Under the pieces are notes generated by a model that saw nothing but the letters and a program-made list of their open reading frames with translations, had not been told where the DNA came from and did no database searches. DNA of 64,000 nucleotides from a virus. Positions within the stretch are counted from its first letter, which is position 1. Each line of letters opens with the position of its first letter. The position numbers were made by a program, and so were the translations under genes. Positions 1-9,429 of this stretch are shown here, in pieces. Location of the stretch: positions 1-64,000 of IMG/VR virus record IMGVR_UViG_3300036832_001488. One strand, 5' to 3'.

Positions 1-550
1 AGCCTTCGTCTACCAACTCAAAGAGGTTCTTGCGGTAGGCCTCGGCCTCGTAGATATCGCGAAGGAGCTTGGCGTCACTTCGGAACGGAGTGGCCGTGAT
101 GCCGCAAACCTTGGCAGACCCAAAATGCCGGAAGATCCGCTGCCAGCTTTCCGCCATCGACATATGGGCCTCGTCCGCGAAGATGTGGGAAAAGTGATCA
201 GGATTGAACTCTTCCAGACGCTTGGTCCGGCTCAGAGTCTGGACGCTTCCGATCACAACCGGCGCGTTATGGGAAGCGCGGGACTCGGCCTTTTCTAGCT
301 CCGGCACAAAGCCCAGCTGCTCAGTGAAGGCCTCGAAAGGCTGCGTACATAACTCGTTCCGGTTAGCCAGGAACAGGACCCTCCCTGGGTTGGGCCGTTC
401 TAGGATCGCCTTAGTGGTTCCGGCGGCGACCAGCGTTTTCCCTGCGCCGGTCGGCATGACCGCTAGGCAGGTCCTATTAACCTGCCACTGGCCCAGGATC
501 GCCTTAATGGCCTCAGTCTGATAGGGCCTGAAGGTCTTGGGAGCTTGCAT
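1..550 (-). CDS. SF2 DEAD/DEAH-box helicase, N-terminal part (runs off window)
   Basis: Not in ORF track; hand translation MQAPKTFRPYQTEAI..MPTGAGKT..IFADEAH..GITATP shows Q motif, Walker A, DEAH and motif III. Confidence 0.92.
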   Translation of the reverse strand, partial: MQAPKTFRPYQTEAIKAILGQWQVNRTCLAVMPTGAGKTLVAAGTTKAILERPNPGRVLFLANRNELCTQPFEAFTEQLGFVPELEKAESRASHNAPVVIGSVQTLSRTKRLEEFNPDHFSHIFADEAHMSMAESWQRIFRHFGSAKVCGITATPFRSDAKLLRDIYEAEAYRKNLFELVDEG

Positions 551-561
551 CGTAAGAGATC

Positions 562-750
562 TTACGATTTCGGCTCAGATTTGTCAATTGCTTTACGCTC
601 TTTCTTTCCCTTCCAGCGGGCTTCTGCCGCGACCTTGCCGCTAGTGGAGCGGCGCTTGGTGACGCCGCCTTTCTTGCCCATTAACCGCGCTCCAATCTGG
701 CGCAGCCACTCATCCGATAAGACCTTGTTGCAATGGTAACATCTAGCCAC
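562..750 (-). CDS. small basic CxxC protein
   Basis: GTG start overlapping upstream stop; RCYHCNK..LMGKKGG..AARWK-like basic tail. Confidence 0.55.
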   Translation of the reverse strand: MARCYHCNKVLSDEWLRQIGARLMGKKGGVTKRRSTSGKVAAEARWKGKKERKAIDKSEPKS

Positions 751-1045
751 CTCCAGAGCCCCCCAGCTCGACTTCGATCCCCTTGGCAGGCTTGGTGGAT
801 TCGGCCAGCTCAGAGAGATCGATTCGCCAGCCTCGGCGCTCGTGATCAGCGTTGCCAACCTCCAGGCCGTTTCGCTTCCAGAAGCGCAAAACTCCGTAGC
901 CGATAACTCGCACAAGCACCTGACTCTGCCGCCAGCCGATGATCTCACCTTGTTCTATTCGCTCAGACGGGGGCTCTGGGACCTTGTCGTACCAATACGC
1001 GTCAATGAGGAGTGGATGGCCGACCTCAAGCTTCTGCTTTTTCAT
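743..1045 (-). CDS. hypothetical protein
   Basis: ORF overlapping both neighbours; ends PAKGIEVELGGSGG. Confidence 0.65.
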   Translation of the reverse strand: MKKQKLEVGHPLLIDAYWYDKVPEPPSERIEQGEIIGWRQSQVLVRVIGYGVLRFWKRNGLEVGNADHERRGWRIDLSELAESTKPAKGIEVELGGSGGG

Positions 1046-1289
1046 AGTGTGTCATCTCGTAAAGCCATGTCCCTTTGAGTGAAATCTCTTCGCGGCGAAC
1101 CAGTCCGTGGTGAGTTTTACAGAGCCAGATTACTTCCAAGGCCCTGCTGTAATCATCATGGTGAGCCTCGACGTTCGGGTTGCCGCATACTTGGCACGGG
1201 CCAGGAGAAATGTGACCCTTTCTCATCCAGTAATGCAGACGCTGACGGGCGTTGTTCCTCAGCCTCTTGTCTTCGTCGGTCAGGAACAT
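1026..1289 (-). CDS. small HNH-like Zn-binding protein
   Basis: CQVCG..EAHHDDY..WLCKTHH. Confidence 0.7.
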   Translation of the reverse strand: MFLTDEDKRLRNNARQRLHYWMRKGHISPGPCQVCGNPNVEAHHDDYSRALEVIWLCKTHHGLVRREEISLKGTWLYEMTHYEKAEA

Positions 1290-1290
1290 T

Positions 1291-1334
1291 CGTTAAGAAT
1301 AATTAACGTGTTTCGGTTGATTTCCAACCACTTA
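1291..1334 (-). repeat. 43-44 bp dispersed motif, copy 1
   Basis: TAAGTGGTTGGAAATCAACCGAAACACGTTAATTATTCTTAACG; fills the intergenic gap; related copies at 10998, 32425, 46281. Confidence 0.8.
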
Positions 1335-2204
1335 CGACGCGATTTCGACCGTAATTCGGACGTCTTCGACCGCAGCAAAGGCTCTCCCGCCCCGGCTTTT
1401 AGCGAGGTCGCGTAAGGTCTCGACCGTGGTTGACATGTTGAAAGCCGTTTCTTCGAAGAGGACCGCTTTGCGATAGGTCCAGCGCTTGATCACAATCCAG
1501 TAGGCGAGGTTTTTAACCATCTCTGGGTCGGCTTTACTCCAGGCGATCAGATCGCGCTCCTGCACCTTCGGGTTACCGGTATTAACGGCATCAGCGATAG
1601 GGTCTCCGCAGAAGCGCCGGATTCGGTTCAGGGCCTTCTCGCCCTCCTCGCTCCAGACTGACTCCCGCACCACTTCTCCGTTAGGCTGGCTTTCCCCTAA
1701 GTCGATCTCGATCCCAGGAGCCGGTGGAGAAGCTTTGCGCGCCCTAGTCTGGCGTTCGCCGCTCTTGGTGCGTTTAGCCTCAACGGCTTGCCGGACCATG
1801 TCGTAGCTGGCGACGGCCTGCTCTTTATCGCAGTAGTCTAAAATGCTGCGCCAGAGACCCGTCATGGTCTCGGTATCTTTGATCTTGATCAGTTCTAAGA
1901 CCTGGGACTGGCTGTAGGGCAGCTGGAGCTTCTGGGCTTTAAGGGCCTCTAAAACGGGGCTGGCGCGCATCCACGTACGCGCCAGTCCATAATCGATTCT
2001 TAAGCAGTGTTCGACGTATTCGCGAAAGTCATTTTTCCCCATGCACTCGAAAAGCTCTTCCTTTTCGATTTTGAGGAGTTCTCTACCGATGATTCGGATC
2101 GATTCAACCGTATCGGTGGAGGCCCGCGCTATCTTGAGTTCGCATTCGGCGAGCGCATCATGCCGGGTTTTGGCATCTTTTTCTACAAGAATAGTGTTAC
2201 TCAT
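1332..2204 (-). CDS. hypothetical, probable DNA-binding protein
   Basis: 290 aa; IGRELLKIEKEELF..F.EY.E..L.I pattern seen in phage DNA-binding proteins. Confidence 0.6.
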   Translation of the reverse strand: MSNTILVEKDAKTRHDALAECELKIARASTDTVESIRIIGRELLKIEKEELFECMGKNDFREYVEHCLRIDYGLARTWMRASPVLEALKAQKLQLPYSQSQVLELIKIKDTETMTGLWRSILDYCDKEQAVASYDMVRQAVEAKRTKSGERQTRARKASPPAPGIEIDLGESQPNGEVVRESVWSEEGEKALNRIRRFCGDPIADAVNTGNPKVQERDLIAWSKADPEMVKNLAYWIVIKRWTYRKAVLFEETAFNMSTTVETLRDLAKSRGGRAFAAVEDVRITVEIAS

Positions 2205-2219
2205 CCTGAAAGGATGAGT

Positions 2220-3281
2220 TTACACAGATGCCCACGGTTTTGCAGTTTTATCGTATTCGATTCGCTCCTCAATCGCTTTGAGGTCGTCTAGCTGCTCCTG
2301 GGTAGCCCTGGCGATCTGTCTGTGGGCTTCTGGCACCCAGCGGCTCTCGATTAACTGCATCTCAGCCACGGTGAGAGAACCCACGGTGCGGACAATTTTT
2401 TCAATCTTGCTATCCGGCAGCTTGCGCTCGGTAAAGCTTTTTATGCCCTTGATGACATGGTCGACCCACCAGGGCTTTTCCGGCGGCTGCTCAGTGGGTG
2501 GGCTCATATCGATGATGTCGTCCGGCAGCTCAGAGGGTGGACGCAATGCAGCCTCTTGCGTTTGTGCAGCTGCGGCCTGCTGAGGAAAGTCTCGTGCGAG
2601 CTGGCTTTCCAGCGGAGTAGCACCGTTGTCTTTGGCCCTCTGCAGCGCCTCTGCTTTAGCATCTTCCAGGGTCTCTTTCTCCGCATCCGCATCCACAAAT
2701 TTAAGCGGGGCCATGGGTTGCTCGACCGGCGTCATTGCCATGTCTTGGAGTTCCTCGCTGGTATAGAGGCCCTTAAGGATGTCACTAAACTCGTCCCGCA
2801 GGCCGAACCCAAGCGCCCGGTAATAGGTCATCCGCTTCGGGTACTGGGGCCAGACCGGATTACGCACAAAGATCCCGGCCTGCTTAGCCTCGCGCACGCT
2901 GAAGGTGTAATCATGGACCTCGGAGCCCTTGCGCTGCAGGGTGACCGTGCAGGTCAAGTCTTCGCCCTGGCCATCCCAGCTTTTCTCATAATGGACCAAC
3001 TCGCCGGTCTGCCTGACCATAGCTAGGGCGAGGTCCCCCATAATGCCAATCCGGTTATTAATGACCGTCAGGCCGTCGATGGCCTGGAGCGGGCGCAGGC
3101 CCAATTCCGCGCCTCTGGCCCAGCAGATCACTAACTGCTGCGCAGTCGTAAAAGCTTTGGGCGCGAAGCCTGATTGTAAATAACAGGCAGCGGCGCGGAA
3201 CATGCCATCGATATCGTCAAACTCAAAGCCGGTGGCTGGGTTGAATTTAACCGGCGCTTTGTATTCTTCTGTTTCGCTCAT
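2220..3281 (-). CDS. RecT-family ssDNA annealing protein
   Basis: GAELGLRPLQAI..VIN, EAKQAG..W..YPKRM..RA..LRD.F.DILKGLYTSEE, acidic disordered tail. Confidence 0.85.
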   Translation of the reverse strand: MSETEEYKAPVKFNPATGFEFDDIDGMFRAAACYLQSGFAPKAFTTAQQLVICWARGAELGLRPLQAIDGLTVINNRIGIMGDLALAMVRQTGELVHYEKSWDGQGEDLTCTVTLQRKGSEVHDYTFSVREAKQAGIFVRNPVWPQYPKRMTYYRALGFGLRDEFSDILKGLYTSEELQDMAMTPVEQPMAPLKFVDADAEKETLEDAKAEALQRAKDNGATPLESQLARDFPQQAAAAQTQEAALRPPSELPDDIIDMSPPTEQPPEKPWWVDHVIKGIKSFTERKLPDSKIEKIVRTVGSLTVAEMQLIESRWVPEAHRQIARATQEQLDDLKAIEERIEYDKTAKPWASV

Positions 3282-4036
3282 GTGATTCGGGAAGCTGCTT
3301 TAATGGTTACGGTAATATCCTGGGTTACTTCAATGCCGGGAAGAGCCGGAGGGTGGTCCGGCGCGATCTCCAGCTGAGCCCTAACAGCATCCTGGCAACT
3401 CAAGATGTCCAATTCAATTTTGAGTAGCCGGATAGAACCGGCTTTAACGGTCGCTTCCGCATCGACTAGTTTAAACTTCCAGGGATGGGCTACCCGGCCA
3501 CCCGGCACTAGCCCCTTCTCCGGCTCCATGGCCATGGCCGCGACTTCCAGCTCGAGCGCGCGGGCCATCTCCGCCTCGTAGATCGCTTGGGGCGATTCGT
3601 GATTAAATTGCATCTCGCGCATCCTTTTCTGGTGCGCAGCTTCCTGGGCGGCTTTCATCTGGCGCTCTACTCGCTCTTGGTCTTTTTTCTTCTGCTCAAG
3701 CTCCTTGACGTAGCCCTTGAGGAGCAAGCCTATGCGGTTCTCTTCGGCCTCGACCTTGCCGATTAGTTCCTTGGCGAGGTCTTCGATTGAGGCGAGCACG
3801 ACCTCAAAGGGCTTTTTCGCGCCGCGCTTGGAGTCGTAGATCTCGCCATGGGCGGCTTTGAGTTCTCCGGCGGCTCGGCGGGCGGCAGTGAAGGAGTCTT
3901 CGTCTTTAACCTCGGTGATATCCTTAGCCGTGCGCTGAGTCAGATCCATTACCCGCTTGCGGTCGCTTGAGCGGACTTTGACAGTGATATCACTGACGGT
4001 GAGAAGCTTCTCTCCGTAATAGGGTGACAATTCCAT
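3278..4036 (-). CDS. coiled-coil hypothetical protein
   Basis: Coupled to RecT gene; long coiled coil ending WKFKLVD..LPGIEV, typical of recombination-module proteins. Confidence 0.65.
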   Translation of the reverse strand: MELSPYYGEKLLTVSDITVKVRSSDRKRVMDLTQRTAKDITEVKDEDSFTAARRAAGELKAAHGEIYDSKRGAKKPFEVVLASIEDLAKELIGKVEAEENRIGLLLKGYVKELEQKKKDQERVERQMKAAQEAAHQKRMREMQFNHESPQAIYEAEMARALELEVAAMAMEPEKGLVPGGRVAHPWKFKLVDAEATVKAGSIRLLKIELDILSCQDAVRAQLEIAPDHPPALPGIEVTQDITVTIKAASRIT

Positions 4037-4037
4037 G

Positions 4038-4376
4038 CTAATGAGTGGGAGTGGTCTGGGTCGCGTCCTGGGTGAAATTGGTCCAGTAAGCAACCAGGGC
4101 GTCTTCGAGCGCCTGGGCTTCCTCCAGGCGGATCTGGCGCATCATGGGGAAGTAGTCCGCGAGATTGGCCTTGGCGTGTTTGACGGCGCGGATCAGCATA
4201 GCGCGCATACCGGTAGCATCTTTGCGGCGGAAGTAGTTGCAGTTAAGAATCCGTCTCATATTTCCGCGCTCGTTGGAGGAGGAGACGGCGACAATGTTAT
4301 CGTGGAGAGGGACGATGGCTTTAGCTAAAGCCTCTACCTCTTCACGAGAATGACGGTAATGGACATGGGCTTCCAA
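4038..4376 (-). CDS. hypothetical protein
   Basis: ORF filling the gap in the minus-strand run. Confidence 0.55.
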   Translation of the reverse strand: MEAHVHYRHSREEVEALAKAIVPLHDNIVAVSSSNERGNMRRILNCNYFRRKDATGMRAMLIRAVKHAKANLADYFPMMRQIRLEEAQALEDALVAYWTNFTQDATQTTPTH

Positions 4377-4388
4377 CTGTTCCTTTTA

Positions 4389-4808
4389 TCATACCTCATT
4401 CTTTCGTTGAAGCCTATAACGACGTTGATGTGCGGCGTGACAGATGGAGCAGCGCCGGTATCGGTTATTTACAAACTTGTCGTAAAGGTGACCTCGAGGG
4501 CACCTCCGTTTTTGCGCATTGATGGCGCTGGGACTTTTGCCCCATAGAATATTGAGCTGGTGAGTTACGGCTCTTAGATGGGCCGGATTCACACAGATCT
4601 TTACCCGGCAAATATGATCGATCTCCCAGCCATCAGGAATAGGGCCAAGCAACCGTTTAAAGACAAAACGATGAATTAATTCGTATTTGCCATCTATGGT
4701 TGCTGCGCCATATCCGCTATTAGTGACATGTCCAGTCCAGAGCCAGCATCCTGAAAGTGGGAGGATTGCAATTTTAGATGAAACGCTTAAGGGTAATTGG
4801 CCAGTCAT
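4389..4808 (-). CDS. HNH homing endonuclease
   Basis: CWLWTG..GYG..HR..IDHIC....CVNPAHL, plus CPRGH..CSIC Zn finger. Confidence 0.92.
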   Translation of the reverse strand: MTGQLPLSVSSKIAILPLSGCWLWTGHVTNSGYGAATIDGKYELIHRFVFKRLLGPIPDGWEIDHICRVKICVNPAHLRAVTHQLNILWGKSPSAINAQKRRCPRGHLYDKFVNNRYRRCSICHAAHQRRYRLQRKNEV

Positions 4809-4839
4809 AACGTGCTTTGTTCACACGTTATAACCACCC

Positions 4840-4912
4840 TCCCCTAATGCGCAACGCTTAAAAAGCATGCTTCTTATCCACAAGCATGCTTAAGCATGCT
4901 TTCCCCTAATGC
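4840..4912. promoter_or_regulatory. DnaA box flanked by three AAGCATGCTT palindromes within 11-bp direct repeats
   Basis: TTATCCACA 4874-4882; AAGCATGCTT at 4863, 4882, 4892; TCCCCTAATGC at 4840 and 4902. Confidence 0.5.
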
Positions 4913-5154
4913 AGATAGCCCATCTCCCTAGCCCAGCGGGGCTCGGAGTGGATTTTCTCATGGCAGGTCCGGCAGACACCCAGCCAGAAATCTTTGTCTA
5001 GGAGGAGCTTGCCTTCTCGGCGGCAGCGGTGATGGACGTCCCAGGCGCGCCGTCTATTGCAGACCTGACAGAGGTGATGCTTAGCCAGGAAGACTTTTTT
5101 CTCCCGTGAATACTCGGCTAGCTGGGCGCGGCGCTTGTCGCTGACTGGTTTCAT
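4906..5154 (-). CDS. small HNH-like protein
   Basis: CQVC..DVHH..VCRTCHEKIH..A..GYL. Confidence 0.75.
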   Translation of the reverse strand: MKPVSDKRRAQLAEYSREKKVFLAKHHLCQVCNRRRAWDVHHRCRREGKLLLDKDFWLGVCRTCHEKIHSEPRWAREMGYLH

Positions 5155-5513
5155 ACCAGAGCCGCATAGGGCACCGGTAGGGGCTCATTTAAAGGCCTCC
5201 AGAGGTGCAGCGTGTAGGGATGGTCATTGACATAGTCGGCCCGCGCTGGATGGAACTGCGCCACCCAGTCGTCGTCGCTAAAGAAAGCCTCTTTAACCCG
5301 GCACATCACGGTCCAACTAGGCAGCAAGCGCCTCTGGGCGTTAGAGATTGAAAGGTGCTGCCAGCCCATCCCGTCCGCTATCAGGATGTGCCACATCTCC
5401 CCTTCTAGGGGCACCAAAAATGCCCCGTTCCAACCGGCGGTTTCGTCTGAGCCATACTTGCCGGTCCTGATGCGCCACCGGTTGGCTCGGGAGAGTTTCT
5501 CTAGGCCGGTCAT
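5151..5513 (-). CDS. conserved phage protein
   Basis: WQHLSIS..PSW..MCRVKEAFF..QFHP....YVN.HPYTLHLWRP, a widespread phage family. Confidence 0.8.
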   Translation of the reverse strand: MTGLEKLSRANRWRIRTGKYGSDETAGWNGAFLVPLEGEMWHILIADGMGWQHLSISNAQRRLLPSWTVMCRVKEAFFSDDDWVAQFHPARADYVNDHPYTLHLWRPLNEPLPVPYAALV

Positions 5514-5902
5514 GCGAGTTGCTCGAGAAATTTGAGAGTGGCTTGGCTTGAGGCGCGCGCTTTGGCGACCCTGGGATGGCGGGCCTGTTTCAGGTTACCG
5601 GCAAAGACCACCGGGATGTTCCGGCGCTTAGGCCCCAGTGTCTTAGTCAGGGGCAAGTTATCGCGCATGGCAATGTACTCCTCGTGGGAAGGCAGCGGGA
5701 AGCGGTCCAGATGGAACTGCAAGAAGCTCCCGAAAAACTTCTGCTTGCCACCGGCCCCAGCCCGCAGCTTTTCCACTGTGTCTTTTCTCAAGACACAAGT
5801 GATTTGGACGAAGTCGTCCGGGTTCACCTTTTTGGGCCTGCCCGCGTTACGCCGGAAACCTCCGCGTCCGCTAGCCTTTTTCCTTTTTCCATTGGTTGAC
5901 AT
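5510..5902 (-). CDS. putative DNA-binding protein
   Basis: RGGFRRNAGRPK AT-hook-like motif followed by a strand-helix segment. Confidence 0.6.
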   Translation of the reverse strand: MSTNGKRKKASGRGGFRRNAGRPKKVNPDDFVQITCVLRKDTVEKLRAGAGGKQKFFGSFLQFHLDRFPLPSHEEYIAMRDNLPLTKTLGPKRRNIPVVFAGNLKQARHPRVAKARASSQATLKFLEQLA

Positions 5903-6087
5903 ATTCTTGTGTAAAAGACCCTCAAAGCCCCTGGGTCTGTAATATTCCCTGATTTGCCACCTCGGAGCAAGTAGCCAATACCGGAGGGGCGCGTGCTTCT
6001 GTCGAAGTGTGGAGTTCCACGGTTTTGACGTCTGGTCATAGCGAGGTTAGGTTCTACTCCTTATCTGGGTTTCCTGTAAGCATACAA

Positions 6088-6117
6088 GCGCCCCTGCTCG
6101 TGATGGAGCAGGGGCGC
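6088..6117. terminator. GC-rich hairpin, probable terminator
   Basis: GCGCCCCTGCTC-gtgatg-GAGCAGGGGCGC just downstream of the 6132 stop. Confidence 0.6.
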
Positions 6118-6131
6118 GCGCGCTTATAGAT

Positions 6132-6596
6132 TTAGTTCCCTAGGCTGCTAGTGCCATCGACATTGACATTCTGAATGTAGGCGAAGTAGCCGATCATCAG
6201 GCCTGTGCTGCCAGTATCTACACTGGCAGCAAAAACGCCATCCTTGGTGCTGAAGACAGTGCTGCCATTCTCCAGCCGGAGGTAGTTCCAATTCGCCGAA
6301 TTCTCTCCACTCATGTTAACGAGGATGTTGCGAACCTGCTCTGGAGAGAACGATGATCCTCGTTGGATCTCGAAATAAGCCCATTGGCAAACTCCGTTAT
6401 CGAATCTGCAGTCCATGAGGTAGTTCTTAAGCAACCATTGGATCAGTCCTTTTTGCGTAGATGCTCCCGACATGCGGTAGTAATTAGCGAAGCTCTTATA
6501 AGGCCAGCCAATTCCAGGCATAGGTTGCTCTTTGGTTCCAGCCTGGGACACGGCTGCGGTCAATGTGAGGATCAGTAGCAATACTAGTTTCTTCAT
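6132..6596 (-). CDS. secreted/periplasmic protein
   Basis: Signal peptide MKKLVLLLILTLTAAVSQA. Confidence 0.7.
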   Translation of the reverse strand: MKKLVLLLILTLTAAVSQAGTKEQPMPGIGWPYKSFANYYRMSGASTQKGLIQWLLKNYLMDCRFDNGVCQWAYFEIQRGSSFSPEQVRNILVNMSGENSANWNYLRLENGSTVFSTKDGVFAASVDTGSTGLMIGYFAYIQNVNVDGTSSLGN

Positions 6597-6625
6597 TTTC
6601 TTATCGTGGGTTTTTGGGTTTGTTG

Positions 6626-6847
6626 TTAGTCCAGGGCCGGGATATCGGCCCCGTAGTGAGTAAATCCGCAGTGTGGGCACGGCCAGTAGTAGACCGGCTT
6701 GGTGCCTTGGTAGACCAGCTCGCGCACGATGACCTCGGCGCAGTTGGGGCAATTGCCGGTCTCCTCAGCGCGCGGCTGATACTGGGGCGGGATGTCTCGG
6801 CCTTCTAGGCCATCAATGAATTCGTCTAGCTCGTGTAGTAGGTTCAT
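6626..6847 (-). CDS. Zn-ribbon protein
   Basis: CPNC..CPHCG. Confidence 0.65.
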   Translation of the reverse strand: MNLLHELDEFIDGLEGRDIPPQYQPRAEETGNCPNCAEVIVRELVYQGTKPVYYWPCPHCGFTHYGADIPALD

Positions 6848-6890
6848 ATGGGTTAGGTAGTTAGGCCGCCTAGGAGGCTCCTAGAGCGTC

Positions 6891-7241
6891 CTAGGGGCAT
6901 CCTGCCGCCTTAGCGGCTTCAACATCGGTAGTATTGGCAGGCCAAGTAGCCTTGTAATAGGCCATGATGAATTCTCGCAACGCTTGGCGAGTCCGCACGC
7001 CGCCACATCGCTTGAACGCAATGGTGTCTGGACGTAAGCCACAATAAAACTGACTGGGGGCTGCTAGGTCGACGTAGTATAGGTCGCCGTCCTGATACCA
7101 GTATCCCATAGGCGAATAATTACCGGAGTGCTTTCCGGTGCCCGGATAATTCGCGGAGGCGCTATCAGAACCACACACTGCGGCCAGCTGACGCGTGCCT
7201 GTTCGTAACACTACTCTTTCTTTGCCGTACATGATGCTCAT
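6891..7241 (-). CDS. hypothetical protein
   Basis: ATG ORF in early cluster. Confidence 0.55.
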   Translation of the reverse strand: MSIMYGKERVVLRTGTRQLAAVCGSDSASANYPGTGKHSGNYSPMGYWYQDGDLYYVDLAAPSQFYCGLRPDTIAFKRCGGVRTRQALREFIMAYYKATWPANTTDVEAAKAAGCP

Positions 7242-7294
7242 AGGTGCTTGCTTTCAGGTTGTGGGGCGGCTCCTAGCGCCGCCCCTGGTTGGAG

Positions 7295-7504
7295 TTAGGC
7301 GAATACGAGTGTGGAAATAGGGAATAAGCCGTAGCGCTTGCCACCCAAAGGAGGAAAAGGCAACCGGCGCACGCGCGCAGGCATTTCAATCCAGACCATA
7401 TCGTCGCCCTGGAGTTTCACGATTGGTGCGGTGAAGGTGATTACAGATCCGTTGCTATTTGAGATTGAGAACCTCGCTCTTCGTCCGATTAGGCTTGCTT
7501 GCAT
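7295..7504 (-). CDS. hypothetical protein (leaderless)
   Basis: ATG 6 nt downstream of a -10 box. Confidence 0.6.
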   Translation of the reverse strand: MQASLIGRRARFSISNSNGSVITFTAPIVKLQGDDMVWIEMPARVRRLPFPPLGGKRYGLFPISTLVFA

Positions 7505-7555
7505 GCCTAGATACTCGTCCGTGCTAACGGATAATGCAAGTACTATTTCCGTTAG
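7505..7555 (-). promoter_or_regulatory. leaderless promoter with inverted-repeat operator
   Basis: TTGCAT-N17-GAGTAT-N6-ATG; CTAACGGA/TCCGTTAG inverted repeat straddling -35. Confidence 0.65.
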
Positions 7556-7688
7556 AGTAAAGAAAAGTGGGGAGCGCCTAGGTAAGGTGACCTATCGCTC
7601 CCCTGCGTGGGTTATCCGAGGAAACAGTCCGTTGAACGTACAAAACCTCGGTTTGTGTCAGCACTCGCACGCTTATCTAGACGCAAAG

Positions 7689-8066
7689 CTATTTGCTGGG
7701 CAGTTTGACTAGTTCCGCGCGCGGCGCATAACCGGCTCGGGCCGGAGGGGCTACATAAGGTGCTGGGACCGGCTGATTGGTTCCGGCATAAGCGCTAGCT
7801 GAGTCATGGTTGGCTCTCCAGCAGAACCATGTGCAGCTTGCAATGAGAGCTAGGACGACCCAGCCCCGGATCTTAGGCGGCAGGCAGGCAATTAAGCCAA
7901 AGAGCGCCCCAATGATAATCCCCAGGATCAGAAGCGGGTGGCTACCGTGAGAGCGAGGCATCGTTTCCACCTTAATCTCAGCAGGCTGCGGATCAGGCAG
8001 TCCTGTGACGTATAGATTCTCAAAGCGTCCCGTGTGAGGGTTCTGGACTTGGAGCATCTTATTCAT
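7689..8066 (-). CDS. membrane protein, 2 TM
   Basis: Two hydrophobic helices; ends APRAELVKLP. Confidence 0.7.
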   Translation of the reverse strand: MNKMLQVQNPHTGRFENLYVTGLPDPQPAEIKVETMPRSHGSHPLLILGIIIGALFGLIACLPPKIRGWVVLALIASCTWFCWRANHDSASAYAGTNQPVPAPYVAPPARAGYAPRAELVKLPSK

Positions 8067-8150
8067 TTAGTTCCTTTTTGCTTGCTGGACCCGGCCCCCC
8101 GCCATTCCACTTGGCGTAGAGGCCGGGTTTGCTGATGCAAGCAGCAATCT

Positions 8151-8516
8151 TTAGAAGGGACAACTGTCGTCGATTACTACCGGTGTGCTTCCTACTGGCC
8201 GTTCGACTTGGAAGACGTAATAGCCGTAATCGCCTTCTTCGCCGCTACCGGGATGGGTTGCGGCCAGGGCATTGGCTCGTGCGCGGCTCTGACACACTGC
8301 CACGATCTGGGTATTGATCTGGACAAAAGCGTCAGTGGCTCGGCAGTAGATATCAACCGGCACACACACAACATGATGGCCTGCCTTGGCGAGGCTATGG
8401 GCTCGGTGAAAGTGGTTGTTGCGGATGGCCAGCCTTTTGGCTTCGGCGTAGCAGTTTTCTAGTTCGGTTGCTGCGCCGTCTTCAAAGTCCCAGTGTTCTT
8501 GTTCTTGCATGTTCAT
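8151..8516 (-). CDS. hypothetical protein
   Basis: ATGA coupling with upstream ORF; ends DDSCPF. Confidence 0.6.
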   Translation of the reverse strand: MNMQEQEHWDFEDGAATELENCYAEAKRLAIRNNHFHRAHSLAKAGHHVVCVPVDIYCRATDAFVQINTQIVAVCQSRARANALAATHPGSGEEGDYGYYVFQVERPVGSTPVVIDDSCPF

Positions 8517-8671
8517 ATCTGCTCGGTTTTGACGATTTGCCAACCAAGTGCCGAGGCGCGTAGCTGAGCATCGGCCAGCGATTGGTGAAGCTCGACGTTA
8601 ATGAAGCTTTTTTTGAGAAGCTTCGAAAAGACAAAGAAGGTCACCTTCAGGTGTTTTTGGGATTCCTGCAT
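8513..8671 (-). CDS. 52-aa hypothetical protein (leaderless; not in ORF track)
   Basis: MQESQKHLKVTFFVFSKLLKKSFINVELH..GWQIVKTEQI; promoter directly upstream, stop overlaps next ATG. Confidence 0.65.
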   Translation of the reverse strand: MQESQKHLKVTFFVFSKLLKKSFINVELHQSLADAQLRASALGWQIVKTEQI

Positions 8672-8721
8672 GCCAAGATCCTCGGCCCTATCGCTTGAAA
8701 CGTCAAGTGATATTTCCGTTT
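8672..8721 (-). promoter_or_regulatory. leaderless promoter
   Basis: AACGGAAATATCAC-TTGACG-N17-GAGGAT-N6-ATG. Confidence 0.7.
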
Positions 8722-8983
8722 ATTTCATGCCTCTAAACAAAGAGCGATGACGCAAATCCAAGCGGCAACCATTAAGACGAGCAGGACTAGGGCGTATTCT
8801 TTCATGTCATCGCCGCTAAGTTTTCATGTAATCATTTCGTGAAATGTCATCAAAAAGATGCCCTTTAAACGCGCGAGGTTGCCCCAGGAAGCGTTGCGCA
8901 CCAAGGCAGGTAGATTATGCCTGTTTTCATCAAAATGCGCTAAATCGCCAAATCGAGGGTTTTTCACGTTGTATTTCAAACAA

Positions 8984-9429
8984 TTACTTGTCAGCCGATT
9001 TCTGATTAGCTGTCAGCTGTTGGAGTGCGGTCAGGAGCGGAATAACGCCTTTTGCGTCAATGATGACGTCGCCACTATAGTCTTGGAAACTGAACAGACT
9101 TTCGTCCCGATGTAAGTACGTAAAGGTCGTTTTCCGATTCTCCGGTTTTATTCCACTGGCCCGATAGAACAACTTTACCAAGTCGGTGCTGGCCTTGTTG
9201 CGCGCGTCCTTTTTGTCTTGAGCCGCTTTCTTCTCAGCCTCGGCTTTTTCCTTGAGTTCTTGAATCTCGGCGTATTCGCCTTGAATGCTGGCTGGGTCGA
9301 GTACCAGACGGTGCGAGCACTGCGGGCACTGACGTGCCAGCTGGCGCGCCACAGTTCCACGCGATGGCCGTGGAACTTCGCCGTAGCGTAGTAAGTGGGC
9401 TCGGGTTCCTGTTGGATAGGTGTTTTCAT
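8984..9429 (-). pseudogene. probable frameshifted gene
   Basis: Coupled ATG at 9429 (MKTPIQQ..VWYST); protein-like coiled-coil continuation lies in another frame from about 9297. Confidence 0.45.
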
